From Neodothiora populina (taxonomy: Eukaryota), in assembly GCF_041146345.1 (NCBI RefSeq), contig NW_027191413.1, forward strand, positions 2,046,001 to 2,110,000: a stretch of DNA of 64,000 nucleotides, written 5' to 3'. Below the pieces are notes generated by a model that saw only the letters and a list, made by a program, of their open reading frames with translations, had not been told where the DNA came from and ran no database searches. This document shows positions 12,479-24,394 of the stretch, in pieces. The translations under genes were made by a program, and so were the position numbers. Each line of letters begins with the position of its first letter. Position 1 is the first letter of the stretch.

Positions 12479-14463
12479 CTAATTTGATCTAAATCTATGC
12501 TCACCACACGAGTGCGGGAATTGGTCTCTACCTTGCGCGTTCTGCTTGACCCAGACGCTCACACTTTTCGACGAGCATGGGAAATTGCCGTATCCGCTCC
12601 CGTTGATGTCGACAGCCTCCTCGCGGTTGCCGAGCACATCTGTCCACTGCTGACCTGCGTGTTCCTCTCCGACAAACATGGTCAACTTTGCGGCGCTCTG
12701 GATACTCATGACGACCGCGCATCCGTCGGTCTTGTCCCACGTGCCCTGGCGAACCCATCCAATACACGATCGGCTGTCAAAGTAGTCGGCTTGTTTGCCA
12801 TATGCGTATAGCTTTCTGCATAATACTAATGCTGGAACCTTGCCATCGCATGCTCGCGGCTCGGCGTGAGGACCTTTGGTACCGTAGACGTCACCGTAGA
12901 AGACTGAGGGCAGCCCTTCTTTCCGCAAAAGCATTATAGCATATGCTAGCATCTTGAAGTACGGCTCTATGCGCGTGGCCATGGTTTGGCCAGGCTGGGT
13001 GTCATGACTTGTAATCATCGTCTGTTTCATTCGGTCAGTCTAGTATGTGTAAGGGCTCCATGAGCAAGAGAACTTACCACCGCATTGTCTGGTCGGGCAG
13101 CTACTAGAGTATCGCGGTACACCCTGCGCAGATCGGCCTCCAGCTTGAACTTCGACTGTGACAGCTTGGAGAAATTCATGTAAAGCGGAGCGTCGATGGC
13201 CTTGACACCCTGTCCCACGTTGTCCACCCACCGAACGATCTTGGCCACGTTGGGCATCCAATACTCGCCCAATATAAGCAGATCACGCCTCTGCTGAACA
13301 GCGGCTTTGATGACTTGACAGACCCAATCTCTCGCAAAGTTCCAGCTGTAATGTGGCACTGCATCGAGTCTGAATCCATCCACCCCTACGTCTCGTACCA
13401 TCCACTGCCCCCACTTCATGAGATCCTCTCTGACTTCCGGGTTTGCATGGTCGATATTAGAGAACATGAGATAGTCCGCGTTGCCATGCAGGTCATCCAC
13501 GTCCGGTGCCCAGCCCTTCGGCCGACGAGTCGTCGATTGGCCTGGTCTCGGGGCTGTTTCAGGAGGGTCGATGATCTTGTAGATGGCATGGCGCTGCGCG
13601 TGCTGATCCCAGTCTGTGCCGTTGAAATGCTGCCAATGCCACTTCATGGGGCTGTACGTGTCGCCTCTGCCAGGGAAGTTGTAATGGATCCACGGCTCGA
13701 TTTTCTTCGGTCGTGATGTCTCCTGTCTGCGATCTGCAATCAGGCAAAGAATCAGTCCCCACTTCTCTATTATGCAACCACCAGCATACAAACGTACCTT
13801 CAGCATCAACCTCCACAGCCCAGCACTCCTCCGTACTATCCCCAGCAGTCTTATGATTCAGCACCGCATCCCAAATAACACCGACGCCCAATCCCTTCGC
13901 CGAAGCAATCAAGTCATCCAACTCCTGCCTCGACCCCCACTTCGTAGCCTTTGTCCATTTCTGATCGAACTCGCCGAGATCCCACAAGTCGTAGCAGTCA
14001 TATCCGTTACCCTTGGGACTATTAGCCTTGCAGCCAGGCGGCAGCCAGATATTAGTGACGCCAATCTCAGCCAGAGACGGTAGTTCGCGCGTCAGGTGCG
14101 TCCAGTGCTGGCCTCCAGAGTGCCATTCGAAGGCTTGGAAGAGGGTTCGGTTCTGCGGTGTTGGCACGCCGTGCTCTTGTTCTGGAGGACCTGCTTATTC
14201 GTAATAATATCACGTCTCGTTAGATATTGTACTATGCCATTGGGTTTGTGTATGGTGAGACCTTTGCGTCATTGTTGTTTCTGAGCGGGACAAGGTATAA
14301 AAAAAAGCATAGGGTGTCATATAGTAATGCACGATGGGTTCTCACGATACGAGCGTGCGGGCGGGACCAGAGCGGGGGTGGAATGTAATATCTTACCGTC
14401 TTTGAAATGCTGCTCGATCTTGCTTTCAGCCTTTAGAAGGCGCTCTTTGAACCAGGAAGACAT
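12479..14463 (-). CDS. Intracellular alpha-amylase, GH13 subfamily 5 type (AmyG/Amy1-like)
   Basis: Exons 14463-14397, 14190-13798, 13733-13078, 13021-12479. Motifs FQAFEW, GYDCYDLWDLGEFDQK, DAVLNH, DGFRLDAVPH (nucleophile D), GEYW (acid/base E), SHDTQPGQ, GLPSVFYGD. No signal peptide. Confidence 0.92.
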
Positions 14464-15135
14464 GTTCTTTACACGTAATATTATTGCATACAAGAAAGAA
14501 TCAAGAAGAAAGAAATGGTTTTGCGAAAGGTTGCTTGTTGATGTGACTTTGCTTGCTCCACCTTATACCCTATTATTATGCCCCCAGCTTGTTCGCTGAG
14601 AAACCCGGTTTATTTACAGGCTTTGTATTAAGTCACACTTGGGATTACGCCGAGAATCTCAAGATACACCGCCCCAATGCCAGCGCTACCTATCTTTGAA
14701 GAGACCCCGCGGTGCATTAGTTATGGTTCATTGTGATATCTCTGGTAAGTTTTTTCAGGATACGTCTCTGTTGTTGCAGAAAAGCTTTCGAGAATATTAA
14801 CATTGACTGTAGCTAATGCGATCTATCGACAACGAAGAACAAAGTTATGATAGAAATCTGTATAAAAGAAAACTGATGGGGATATCTAGAAGAACACGCG
14901 AAAAGAAAAACCCATCTCAAGCATCAAACTGCAGCACCGAACGCCACCGCTAATGTCAGTATCATAACACCTCATCACCGTCACGCGGTAGGGAAGCAAC
15001 GGCGGTGATTCCACCTGGCTCAGATTGTTGACGGATCTAATATTGTATGTACAGCCGTATGTCTATCGAAGAGGTCAGTGATGTTCTCTCGAAACAACGT
15101 CGCTTTTGTCGAGGAAGCTCTACTCACATTGTGGC

Positions 15136-18100
15136 TTAGTAGCGGAACTTGCCCACCATACCAAAAGTGTAGGTGCAGTCTCTCTCGGACTTCATCTGGA
15201 TCATGTAGATCTTCGGCTTGGAGCTCATAACTCCGCCTACCGCGGCCGCATGACCCACTTCGCCGTTCGGACCCATGTTGTCTTCCCACACACTCACGGC
15301 GATGCCTGTTCTTGCGACTCGTTCGAAGCAACTTTCTCCTAGAGTGACGTCTAGTAGTGTTTCTCCGTGCGTCTTGCCTTGGATCAAGATTCGTTTCTCG
15401 AGACCCGTCGTTCGGGGACTCGCAGGGGCGTTCGGAGACGGCCTCGGTGGTAGCATGATGGTCATTCGGGCAGATCCCATATCTCTCCATTTGTTTTGGG
15501 TCTCGCGAAAATGCAATCTGATTTTGGCATTTGTGATCCCTAGAGGAGTGCCTTGACTCGGATCCATGACTATCGGCGTCGATGACCCAGAAGAAAGTGA
15601 CTCGCTTGTGGCAAGGCTTCCATCTTTTGAAGTTATCTTGCTTTTGGCAATGTCGAAGATGCCGTTGGAGCCACTGAATCTTCGAAGCGCCGAGAACGCG
15701 CTGTTCATCGTTCCTACGGATGAATCCGTGTTGACTGATTGAGGCCGCGAGCTTTTGGATCGATAAGTGCTGCTCTTCCGTGATGGCAAACCCCACCAAG
15801 AGTTTTTGGTAGTACGATTGCTATTGCGTCTTTCCATGGCCGCCGCCCATGTGTTCTCGTTGAACGGTCCTCTGGCATTTTGTAGAGCAATGTACGTAGG
15901 ATTGTTAATTCTTGCCATATTGATCATCGAGTACAATTGCTCGCACTCTTCAGCGCTACGCGAACGGAACATGACATTGTTGCTAGAGCGAATGAGTGAC
16001 TTCTCCGTTGGGGGAGAGCGGATTGATATGTCCAGAGCAGTTCCTCGTCTCAGAGGAACAAGTGGTGTCAACTCAAAAGCGACCAACGGCTGATGACCCT
16101 GCGAAGATGGGCTGGTGACTTCACTCCCGTCCGAAGTGGTCGGCGGTGTCGTATCTATATCAAAAGCTTCAATCAATCCAGGTGTAACAACGATATTGCA
16201 CTCCTGCGGATGCAGATTCTCCCAGGCACCCCTGTCTGACCACGAGAATATTGTCGCCACAGCCCTCGAAGCCCCTCCAGCCTGTTGGGGGACGGTCCTG
16301 TACGGAGCTTGGGACGCGGATTGGGACGGCGACAATGTATTGTTGGGTAACGATGGCTCAGAACTTGGTGGTGTTTGTCTTTCGAACTCTCCAATTGGGT
16401 CCAATGCGGGTGGTTTGAGTTCCTCCGCACCGTCGGACTCGTCTGACGACTCGGAGGTTATAGAGTCATCGCTATCGTCTTCGTCGGAGTACATGCTATC
16501 CGACGATGAGCCTGAGATGATCGAGGGCTCATACTGGTGCTTCAATGGCGACGATGACCTTCGGTGTCTCTTCAGGAATGCTGGAGTGAAGGATGGAATC
16601 GAGAAGAGCTTGTGTTTTGCTGGAGGAGGTGTAGGTGAAAGAGGTTTAGGCTTTGTTACCGGTGCCTCGATGGACACGCTCTTCTTCCGCTTTTGCAGCT
16701 TCGCCGGTGCAGACGACGGCTCGTCGATTTCTTCCCCGGGCTTCGTTGGATCTTGAGAAGTCGCACTTGGGCTTCGAACCTTAGGGCTGCTGGGTAGGTC
16801 CATAGAAGGCACAGATGAAGTCCTGCGATGAGAGAGTGGCCGGACTGGTGTTTGTAGAAGCTCGTCTGCATCCCCTCCGTCGGACTCGGATTCATCAGAT
16901 GCTGCAGTAGATGGCGGTAGCCAAACAGTATAGCTCTTCTTTCTGGAGCCAGTAGACGTAGTATCACCAGACATATACGTAGCCTCTGAGTGTGTCCTTG
17001 AATGAGTTGGACGAGTAGTCCTTAGAGGCTGTGGCACATCCATGTAACTGCTTGACGATGCTTCCGACAGAGGAGGAGATCCTGGAGGTGAAAGGGGCGA
17101 TTGGCGGTATTTCTTTGCCTTTGATCGCTTTAGACCCAGAGAGGTAGACAGTCGTGGAGCAGCCGCACTGTCACTCAATGCGTTGTCGATAGAGGTGAAA
17201 AGCTCGCGTAATGGTGACTTAGATGGGCCAGCAGGCTTGTCGCCGCCCGACTTAGACGGGGGAATGGGCTTCCGGTGTACTGTTCCCGATTGTCGCAGCG
17301 GTGATGCCTCCTCGGTATTGTCCAACGAAACATGCGAAGCGTTGTCTTCCCACGTTTTCGACGTGGAACCAGCGACCTCGCCTATCGGCACTTCGATCTC
17401 CTTGATGGATGGAGGTCTGCTCTTGCCCAGGCCTGAATCGACCTTTGATGGGGTGGAGTGGCTGCTGGATGGCCGTGCAGGGGTTGACAAGAAGCTGGGT
17501 CCTCTCTTGAGCGAGGGAGGAACAGGCTCCATGCCCAACATCTGAATCCATTCCGGTGCAGCATCATCCTCATTCGCATGTAGCGAAAGGAGCTCTTGCC
17601 ACTCCCGACCATCAGACTGCACGCCTCGAATCATTACCACAAGATCACCACTGCGACTGCCACTCCTAGCAGACACAAGGTCTAGTCTGGTAGGAGGGAA
17701 CAGCAACCACCGTCCAGTGTCAGAGACTTCGCAGATGAGAATGTCACCCCCATCACCACGATCAGGGGCGTCATCACGCAAGATCATCTCGATCTTGCAA
17801 TCGAGCTGCTGTCCGCTGGAATGCCGAAGCTCCACGTCGAAGTAGTCTCTTGCGTGGACACAACGAGTCGGATCGATACTCACACCGGCCAAGGGGGCCA
17901 GGTTTCGAGGATCGCGAGCTCGCTTGGGGTCGATGCTTGCAGCCGCCTCGTCTTCCAGCCTTGCGCGCTCTTCGTTAGATCGTTTGCGTGCTTCGATAAC
18001 AAGCTGTTGATATCTATCCGCCAGTGTGTTGGCTGTAGGCGAAGGCAGCACGTGATTGAACCCCTTGAATGTTTTTGCTAGATACTTGAGACGCACAAGA

Positions 18101-20103
18101 GGTCGCTTGAGCAGGAATGCCACGTCGACCCGATCGCCATCAGTATTGACGAGGTCTCCTTCTTCATTCTTGAGGAGCCCATCATCCCAGCCAGGCTTAT
18201 CGTTCTTACTGGCAGGAGCGAGGTTGACGACCACGTCTTGGAAGCCTAGCCTCCAGGCTTTGAGGTAGTCAGTATAGATTCGTGTGGCGCCTTGAGCCCA
18301 GGTGTAGAGAGACGTCTCTTCTTTCGCAGGGATTCGTTTGTGGTGTGCCTTGAGACGCTCCAGAGCGATGCCCATGTCCACGATTGGCTTTGTGACCGTA
18401 GCCTCACTCGGTGCTGATCGTCCGAACAGCCCAGCGGCAAGCGGAGAGTCGGCTTTGGATAATACACAGGAGAGCAAGACTGGAATCACGCCGTCGACTA
18501 GCGTGCGGAGTTCGCGTTGGTACTTGGCTTCGTCGACGGAGAGTTCATTCCATAGGTCTTTCGGGGTGATCTTCTCCCTGCGCATGCGACTACTTGTGCG
18601 ATGTGACATTGCATTCTTGGGCTCTGCTCTCGGCATGGAGAGCACAGACATAAGGTCCTCGTGCTTCGTCAATCGGCGTTTCAACCCTGATCCGCTGGTC
18701 GGTCCTCGTCCATGTTCAGGGACGATGGTCAGCTGCTCTGACACTTCGGATAATGCAGGCGATTGAGCGCGGGTTTGGAGTGTTTCCACAGACGCAATGG
18801 TAGATAGACGCTTCCCTGTGCTAGGGAATTGTCTCTTCAGATTCGCCCCTGGGGTATGCTTGTTGAATGTTCTATCCGAAAGGTCAAGTTCGGTTGCTGC
18901 AACGGACGACGTTGCTGAAGATGCATGTGCGCCATCATCAGTGTGTAATGGCACAGGCGGTTTCCTGTCTTCGCGCTCCCGGCTACTCTTCACGCTCTTG
19001 CGCGATACAGATGCGGTTTCGGAGGCGTCATCAGCTTCGCTTGGTGGCCCTTCTGGTGTCGCACTGAGCCAAGCTTCAATTCGATTGCCATGAACCTTGG
19101 GAGGTGTTGCAAGTGGCGCTTTGACAGGGGCGTCGATGAACGGATCAGACTGTTTCTTGGAATGCGACTTTTTCAACTCCGGTGTCTTGTTTCTTGGGCT
19201 CTTCTCTACAGCTTTTGGCGCCTGTCCATGACGTTTACTGATACTGTCATCAGGCGCAATCGAGCTCTCTTGGCCGACTGCTGAGCTGCGTTCCGAAGGT
19301 GATGGAACTCGCCGACTATCTTTGCGCTTCGTGTGGCCTGCACTATGGTCGCTGTCACGATCCGGTCCGCTGTGATGTGGTCTGTCCGAGGCGCCTCTAG
19401 ATACAGGTCTGCTGGAGTCTGGTGTTCTCGGCGAGTGGCGTTTGATCAAGTCGGGCGAGGAGCGATTGCCAGAAACATGTTTCAGAGGCATCGATCTGAC
19501 TCTGATGCCATCGTCGTAAAGGGGTCTTCTTGGCTTCTTGGGATCGTTCTCCGTGTACACTACGGTCCTGTTGATGGTGTAGGGTTTCGACTCGGTCGTG
19601 TCCTTGGGCTTTGGTGATGATCGGTCCTTTCGCCAATGGCCATCACTAATGACACGCTTCTTTGGTGCGCCGGCGAACTTGATCTCCTCCTCGAGCTCCT
19701 TGTTTGGCTTGACTTTAGGCCGGACCCAGCCTCCTCGTCCATCGTCCAGGCCAGTCTTCGCCCGTGCGCGCGGTAATGGTCGCGGAGACTTTGTTGGTGA
19801 GCGCCGACGAGCATAGTCCTCTCTATCTGTTCCTGCATCTTTGTCGACCTTGGGTGTTGATTTCCTAGAGGTGCCACTCTCATGCTTTTGTGCCCTATCG
19901 TCCTCGTCATCGTCGTACTCTACCACGATTTCGTTCTGTGCCTGCGCAACACCTCCGCCCTCGGCCTGCCACTGGCGCACTCTGTGTCTCACATTAGGCG
20001 TGTCAAATTGACCCAGCTGTTTGCCAATGTCCACCTTTGCCTCCTTCGCAGAGGATTCTGCACGGCGTCCGGTTTTCACTGCATTGGCAGGGCCAGGAGG
20101 CAT
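15136..20103 (-). CDS. Large (1655 aa) fungal protein with a Dbl-homology-like region and probable PH-like folds; otherwise Ser/Pro-rich and disordered
   Basis: Single long ORF. ELSVDEAKYQRELRTLVDGVIPVL and FLLKRPLVRLKYL resemble DH conserved regions 1 and 3. Beta-rich segments follow and recur at the C-terminus. Domain calls are by eye. Confidence 0.7.
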   Translation of the reverse strand: MPPGPANAVKTGRRAESSAKEAKVDIGKQLGQFDTPNVRHRVRQWQAEGGGVAQAQNEIVVEYDDDEDDRAQKHESGTSRKSTPKVDKDAGTDREDYARRRSPTKSPRPLPRARAKTGLDDGRGGWVRPKVKPNKELEEEIKFAGAPKKRVISDGHWRKDRSSPKPKDTTESKPYTINRTVVYTENDPKKPRRPLYDDGIRVRSMPLKHVSGNRSSPDLIKRHSPRTPDSSRPVSRGASDRPHHSGPDRDSDHSAGHTKRKDSRRVPSPSERSSAVGQESSIAPDDSISKRHGQAPKAVEKSPRNKTPELKKSHSKKQSDPFIDAPVKAPLATPPKVHGNRIEAWLSATPEGPPSEADDASETASVSRKSVKSSREREDRKPPVPLHTDDGAHASSATSSVAATELDLSDRTFNKHTPGANLKRQFPSTGKRLSTIASVETLQTRAQSPALSEVSEQLTIVPEHGRGPTSGSGLKRRLTKHEDLMSVLSMPRAEPKNAMSHRTSSRMRREKITPKDLWNELSVDEAKYQRELRTLVDGVIPVLLSCVLSKADSPLAAGLFGRSAPSEATVTKPIVDMGIALERLKAHHKRIPAKEETSLYTWAQGATRIYTDYLKAWRLGFQDVVVNLAPASKNDKPGWDDGLLKNEEGDLVNTDGDRVDVAFLLKRPLVRLKYLAKTFKGFNHVLPSPTANTLADRYQQLVIEARKRSNEERARLEDEAAASIDPKRARDPRNLAPLAGVSIDPTRCVHARDYFDVELRHSSGQQLDCKIEMILRDDAPDRGDGGDILICEVSDTGRWLLFPPTRLDLVSARSGSRSGDLVVMIRGVQSDGREWQELLSLHANEDDAAPEWIQMLGMEPVPPSLKRGPSFLSTPARPSSSHSTPSKVDSGLGKSRPPSIKEIEVPIGEVAGSTSKTWEDNASHVSLDNTEEASPLRQSGTVHRKPIPPSKSGGDKPAGPSKSPLRELFTSIDNALSDSAAAPRLSTSLGLKRSKAKKYRQSPLSPPGSPPLSEASSSSYMDVPQPLRTTRPTHSRTHSEATYMSGDTTSTGSRKKSYTVWLPPSTAASDESESDGGDADELLQTPVRPLSHRRTSSVPSMDLPSSPKVRSPSATSQDPTKPGEEIDEPSSAPAKLQKRKKSVSIEAPVTKPKPLSPTPPPAKHKLFSIPSFTPAFLKRHRRSSSPLKHQYEPSIISGSSSDSMYSDEDDSDDSITSESSDESDGAEELKPPALDPIGEFERQTPPSSEPSLPNNTLSPSQSASQAPYRTVPQQAGGASRAVATIFSWSDRGAWENLHPQECNIVVTPGLIEAFDIDTTPPTTSDGSEVTSPSSQGHQPLVAFELTPLVPLRRGTALDISIRSPPTEKSLIRSSNNVMFRSRSAEECEQLYSMINMARINNPTYIALQNARGPFNENTWAAAMERRNSNRTTKNSWWGLPSRKSSTYRSKSSRPQSVNTDSSVGTMNSAFSALRRFSGSNGIFDIAKSKITSKDGSLATSESLSSGSSTPIVMDPSQGTPLGITNAKIRLHFRETQNKWRDMGSARMTIMLPPRPSPNAPASPRTTGLEKRILIQGKTHGETLLDVTLGESCFERVARTGIAVSVWEDNMGPNGEVGHAAAVGGVMSSKPKIYMIQMKSERDCTYTFGMVGKFRY

Positions 20104-20498
20104 TTGTCCGGTGGCTGGCTGCTGCTGCTGACCATAAATATGGAACGTTGTTATCGGGTCGCAACGGTCAGAACTGGATGATGGATTCGCAACGGCCGTT
20201 CAATAGTCTTCTAGAATACAAATTGACTAGATAAGAAAGCAATCCTGACAATGTAACGATTGAATATTCCTGGGGCCTGAGATTCCCTCGTAGGGTTAAG
20301 ACGAGATTGCACAGTCGCAGAGACAGATGAACCGCCAAACAGGTTGCGCTGGCCCCCAGTAGTACAGCAAAGGTTGCTTAGGGTTGGACGAGCTGTAAAC
20401 ACAAGATAACCGTATCACTGGCAACAGGCGAGTCATGACTCCGGTTGCCTTTTGGCTTTGCCTTTCACATGCGGAGCAGCCCAATGTTGATGTTGCCC

Positions 20499-20517
20499 GT
20501 ACCTTATATCAAGGTAC
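20499..20517. promoter_or_regulatory. Interrupted palindrome GTACCTT-ATATC-AAGGTAC in a divergent promoter
   Basis: Same arms as the palindrome at 1866-1883; function inferred. Confidence 0.35.
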
Positions 20518-21197
20518 CTTGCCTTTTGTTCACCGCTGGTGGGTCAGATATCACACTGTTCTGTTGGTGCCTACGATATGTCTCTTGAAGTCACGAGTGC
20601 TTCACACATGGTTCTCCAAATCAAAGCTCCTCTAGGTTACCACAACTCCGTATTCTCACAGCATACGACATGCTTGAACGGTATCCACGCGCACGCACGC
20701 ACGCATCATCGCGATCTGGGTAAAGTCTAACGAGTCATGGAAAGCGCAAAACACCTTAGTGAGCAACTCGAAGAAACAACGACTACCTAGGTTTCTGTAA
20801 ATCTGTATGCATCATGTACTGTACCTTAGAATTGGATAAGTTGGAAAAAACATTCACTTTTTGCTGCTTACCTCCTCATCGCTCCGTTGGTATCGTCCAA
20901 TTGCTTCTCTGGCATGGAACCTCATTTCGTAGGATAGTTGTAATTGATCGTTGAATCCGAGGTCAAGTGGGGGTACCCTGTCCTGTGCGTGGAGTTTAGG
21001 ATAAGGGTAGTACATTCATGACATGAAGTACTGTACACCACTTCATCATTGATATCTCTGCTGCGCGCTGTCAATTTGTCGACTATCTCCTTGGTATCAC
21101 TCGTGTATATTGTCACAAAGGGACCATACCGAGCGATCCTGGGATACACAAGACCAATAAGCTCATGATTCGCCACCATACCTCTCCAACGCCAACC

Positions 21198-22485
21198 ATG
21201 AACAGAGAAATAAGTCCACCGCCAACGAAGCGACGACGCATCGAACCAGACAGGACTGAAATTGTAAAGCACGAAAACGATATTCTTTCCATCTACTCAT
21301 GGAACATCAATGGCATATCCCCCTTCGTCCAACCATCGATCAAATCATTTTTCCAGTCCAAGACCCACGACAAGAAACCCGACGACACAGCCCATGCCTC
21401 ACTGCGTGACTTCCTGCGCAGACAGAACTGGCCCACGGTGCTTTGTCTTCAAGAAGTGAAAATGAACCCAGACGACGAAGCGACCAAACGCGCAGTAGAG
21501 AAAGCAGTGCGACGTCCCCCCTCCTCGTCCTCCTCATCATCAGCATCAACTACACACGTCGACAATAACGACAAAAAAGAACCAGACTACCGCGCCTTCT
21601 TCTGCCTGCCCTCAGATCCCCACAACGCGCGAGGCTTCGGCCGCAAAGTCTACGGCGTATGCACAATCGTGCGCGTCGACTTCCTCGAGGCCACGAATGC
21701 CGTCGTGAGGACCGTGGACTGGGACCTCGAGGGTCGATTCTCGATCATCGAGACTCGGCAGTCTCCTTCTTCTAGCCCAGCAACAACGGCATTCCCAACC
21801 CTCAGTATCTGGAACATCTACGCTGTAAACGGTACTTCGAGCCCCTACAAAGACCCCCGGACCGGCCTCGTGACTGGGACTCGGCACACGCGCAAACTCG
21901 CCGTGCATACTCTCCTGCGGCGCGAATGCAAACAGCTGGAGAGGAAAGGATACGCTGTCGTTCTCGCTGGCGACATGAATATCGCTCGTGAGCGCATCGA
22001 TGGACACCCTGGTTTGCGCACTTTTCCTGAGCAGCATGTGCTGAATCGGGAGGATTTTAATGGTAAGTTTTTTGGGCATGGTCGTGGTGTAGGAAGTGAG
22101 GTGGGAGGGAAGATAGGAGACGATGAGGGACTGGGCGCGATAGACACTTTTAGATTCCTCCATCGTGACAAAAAGGGGTATACTTATTATCCGCGTGGTG
22201 GGACCTTTGGGTCGAGCTGTGACAGGGTATGTGTCCCCCTTTGCATACCCTTCTCGTCTCGTCAAACGTTATGAACATGACTTCAGCTGACGCTTTCGCT
22301 TCTTCCAGGTGGATATGGTCATCTGTTCGGCATCGCTGAGAGAAAACATTGCTTCGGCTGGGATGCTGGAGACGCCTGCGGACAGAGGTCCGAGCGATCA
22401 TTGTCCGTTGTACGCTACTTTTGATTTTGGTCCTGGAAAGAAAAGCCGGGGCGAGGCGAACATCTCGAATGATAGAAAGGAGTAG
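21198..22485 (+). CDS. Exonuclease III / AP endonuclease (EEP superfamily) protein
   Basis: Motifs SWNING, LCLQEVK, DLEGR, NIYAVNG, GDMNIAR, DTFR. Intron 22227-22308 joins DR|VDMV...GPSDHCPL. Basic NLS-like PPPTKRRR. An alternative ATG lies at 21165. Confidence 0.9.
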
Positions 22486-22550
22486 GCTGTGAGGGAATAA
22501 AAGGAAACCGAATATAAGGGGGGATATCTACTCTACGACTGACGCCACGG

Positions 22551-24394
22551 CTAGTCTCTAACAGCAGCTATATCAAGCTGCGACTGCTGCCTAGATAACC
22601 TCCTCCTAAGCGCAGTGTCGTCACTTTCGCCTTTGCCGTTACCGACACCGTCATCAGCAGAGGTTGTCGACTTCTTCTTGGGCCAATCCCGACAAATGTC
22701 AATGTCACGTCTAGGAAACCACAGCTCCAGGAACACAAACAGCAGGTAATCGATGACGACGCAAATGACGAACAACTTGCCAGCCCATATGCCACAGCCA
22801 TAATATCGCTTGAGGCGGTCAATGAGGGCGAACGATTGCGACGAAGGCGACACCTGCTGGCCATAGTGGCGCCATCTCGCGTCCTCGGAATCGTTATAGA
22901 AGCCGCTTTCATCACCTGCTCCATTGCGCTCGAGAGCAGCATCGCTTTCGTTGCCCGTGATGAGATCGTAGACGCGTTCGGTTCGTCTGGCGATGTCGGA
23001 CCAACTGTACATCATGCGCACTTGCTCGTGGAACCGCTCGCGACGCACAGCTCTGCCCTTTTCATCTTTGCCCATCATGAGACCTACCGCTTCGCTCGTC
23101 GCGCGCACGAGGTCGTCTTCTTCGGGTTTAGAGAAGACGGTCATGTGGCCTGGTAGGACCTCAGGGATGCCGCCGACGCGCGTGCAGACGATCAGCAGGT
23201 TACAGCTTGCTGCTTCGACCAAGACGGTGCCGAAGGCTTCAGTGAGACTGGGGTGGAGGTAAATGTGTCCGCGAACCATGACATCTCGAACTTCCTCGTG
23301 GCGGACAGGACCCAGTAATGTCACACGGTCATGCAGTATATGGCGATCTAGCATTTGCTCCAAATCAATGGCCTTGGGACCGGAGCCAGCGATGATGAAG
23401 CGAACATTGGGGTGCTGAGCCAGGATGCGAGGTATGGAGGCAATCAGGAGATCGGTGCCCTTGTTATAGAAAAGTCTCGAGATGACGACGATTGTGATTG
23501 TGTCTTTGGGGCCTAGCGGCTGCGAGGTCATTGGAGGCGGTGGTGGCAGTGCGGAGACATTTGGGCTCGCGTGAGCCTGAGCAAGCTCCGACGGATGCAA
23601 GGGACGGAAGTTCGAGGCCACGACTGCATTCGGGATGACAGAGACCATTAAAGGATCAAGCGAAGCGCGGAGCACTGTGTTCTCCTTACTGCATACGATG
23701 ATCAGCAAGTTGGAAAAAAGCCGATACACATCTGATACGTACCACGTATGGCTCACGCAAATGACATGGTCGACATCGCTCAGAGTAAACTTCAGCAGCT
23801 TATTGGTGAGGATACTAGCAGCATCGGCAAAGCCAAATAGACTGTGATCGGTAAAGACGGTCCTCAGACCCATTGTTCGCGCGTGCAAGATGCCCTCGTG
23901 ACACAGACTGCTCAGACTGGCATGTCCATGAACGATCTGTATGCTCTCCCGGACGACTATATTCCGGAAGATAGGGAAGAAGGAGAAGACGGTGGGAAAG
24001 GTGGTCTCTCGGTATATGACGAAGAAGGGGACGTGGTAGACTTTGAGGCCATTCGTCAGGTAGCGTACGCCGGTCCGACCCTGGTAGGCGTGTGTTATGA
24101 TGATGACTTTGTGGCCCCGGTCTATGAGTTTCTGATAGGGGTTGTCAGCATGAGTGTACACACAAACATGCTTGGAGTTGCGTATAGACGAACGGTTGAC
24201 AATTGGTATATGTGACTTTCCACTCCGCCTAGGCATGTATGTTAACTCAAGGTTGTCGCATTGGCTGGGCTTCTTCGGGGCACGAACCTGGTTGAGGGAA
24301 GAAGAAATCACTGATCATACTGATAGCAAAAGTCAACACCCTGATCTTCGTCACCGACTATAGCCATGTGCGCATACGCAATATTGTAAGGCAT
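22551..24394 (-). CDS. GPI3: GPI-GlcNAc transferase catalytic subunit (Gpi3/Spt14/PIG-A)
   Basis: Exons 24394-24378, 24319-24288, 24228-24194, 24131-23743, 23688-22551 give [37 protein letters not shown]...VFTDHSLFGFAD...SLTEAFG...EAAS, then a C-terminal TM helix. Confidence 0.96.

Noticed and set aside
12479..14167. Amylase, GNAT, CDF and pepsin appearing as frameshifted fragments (possible pseudogenes)
   Set aside because: Each break is explained by a GT-AG intron with a branch site that restores the conserved frame.
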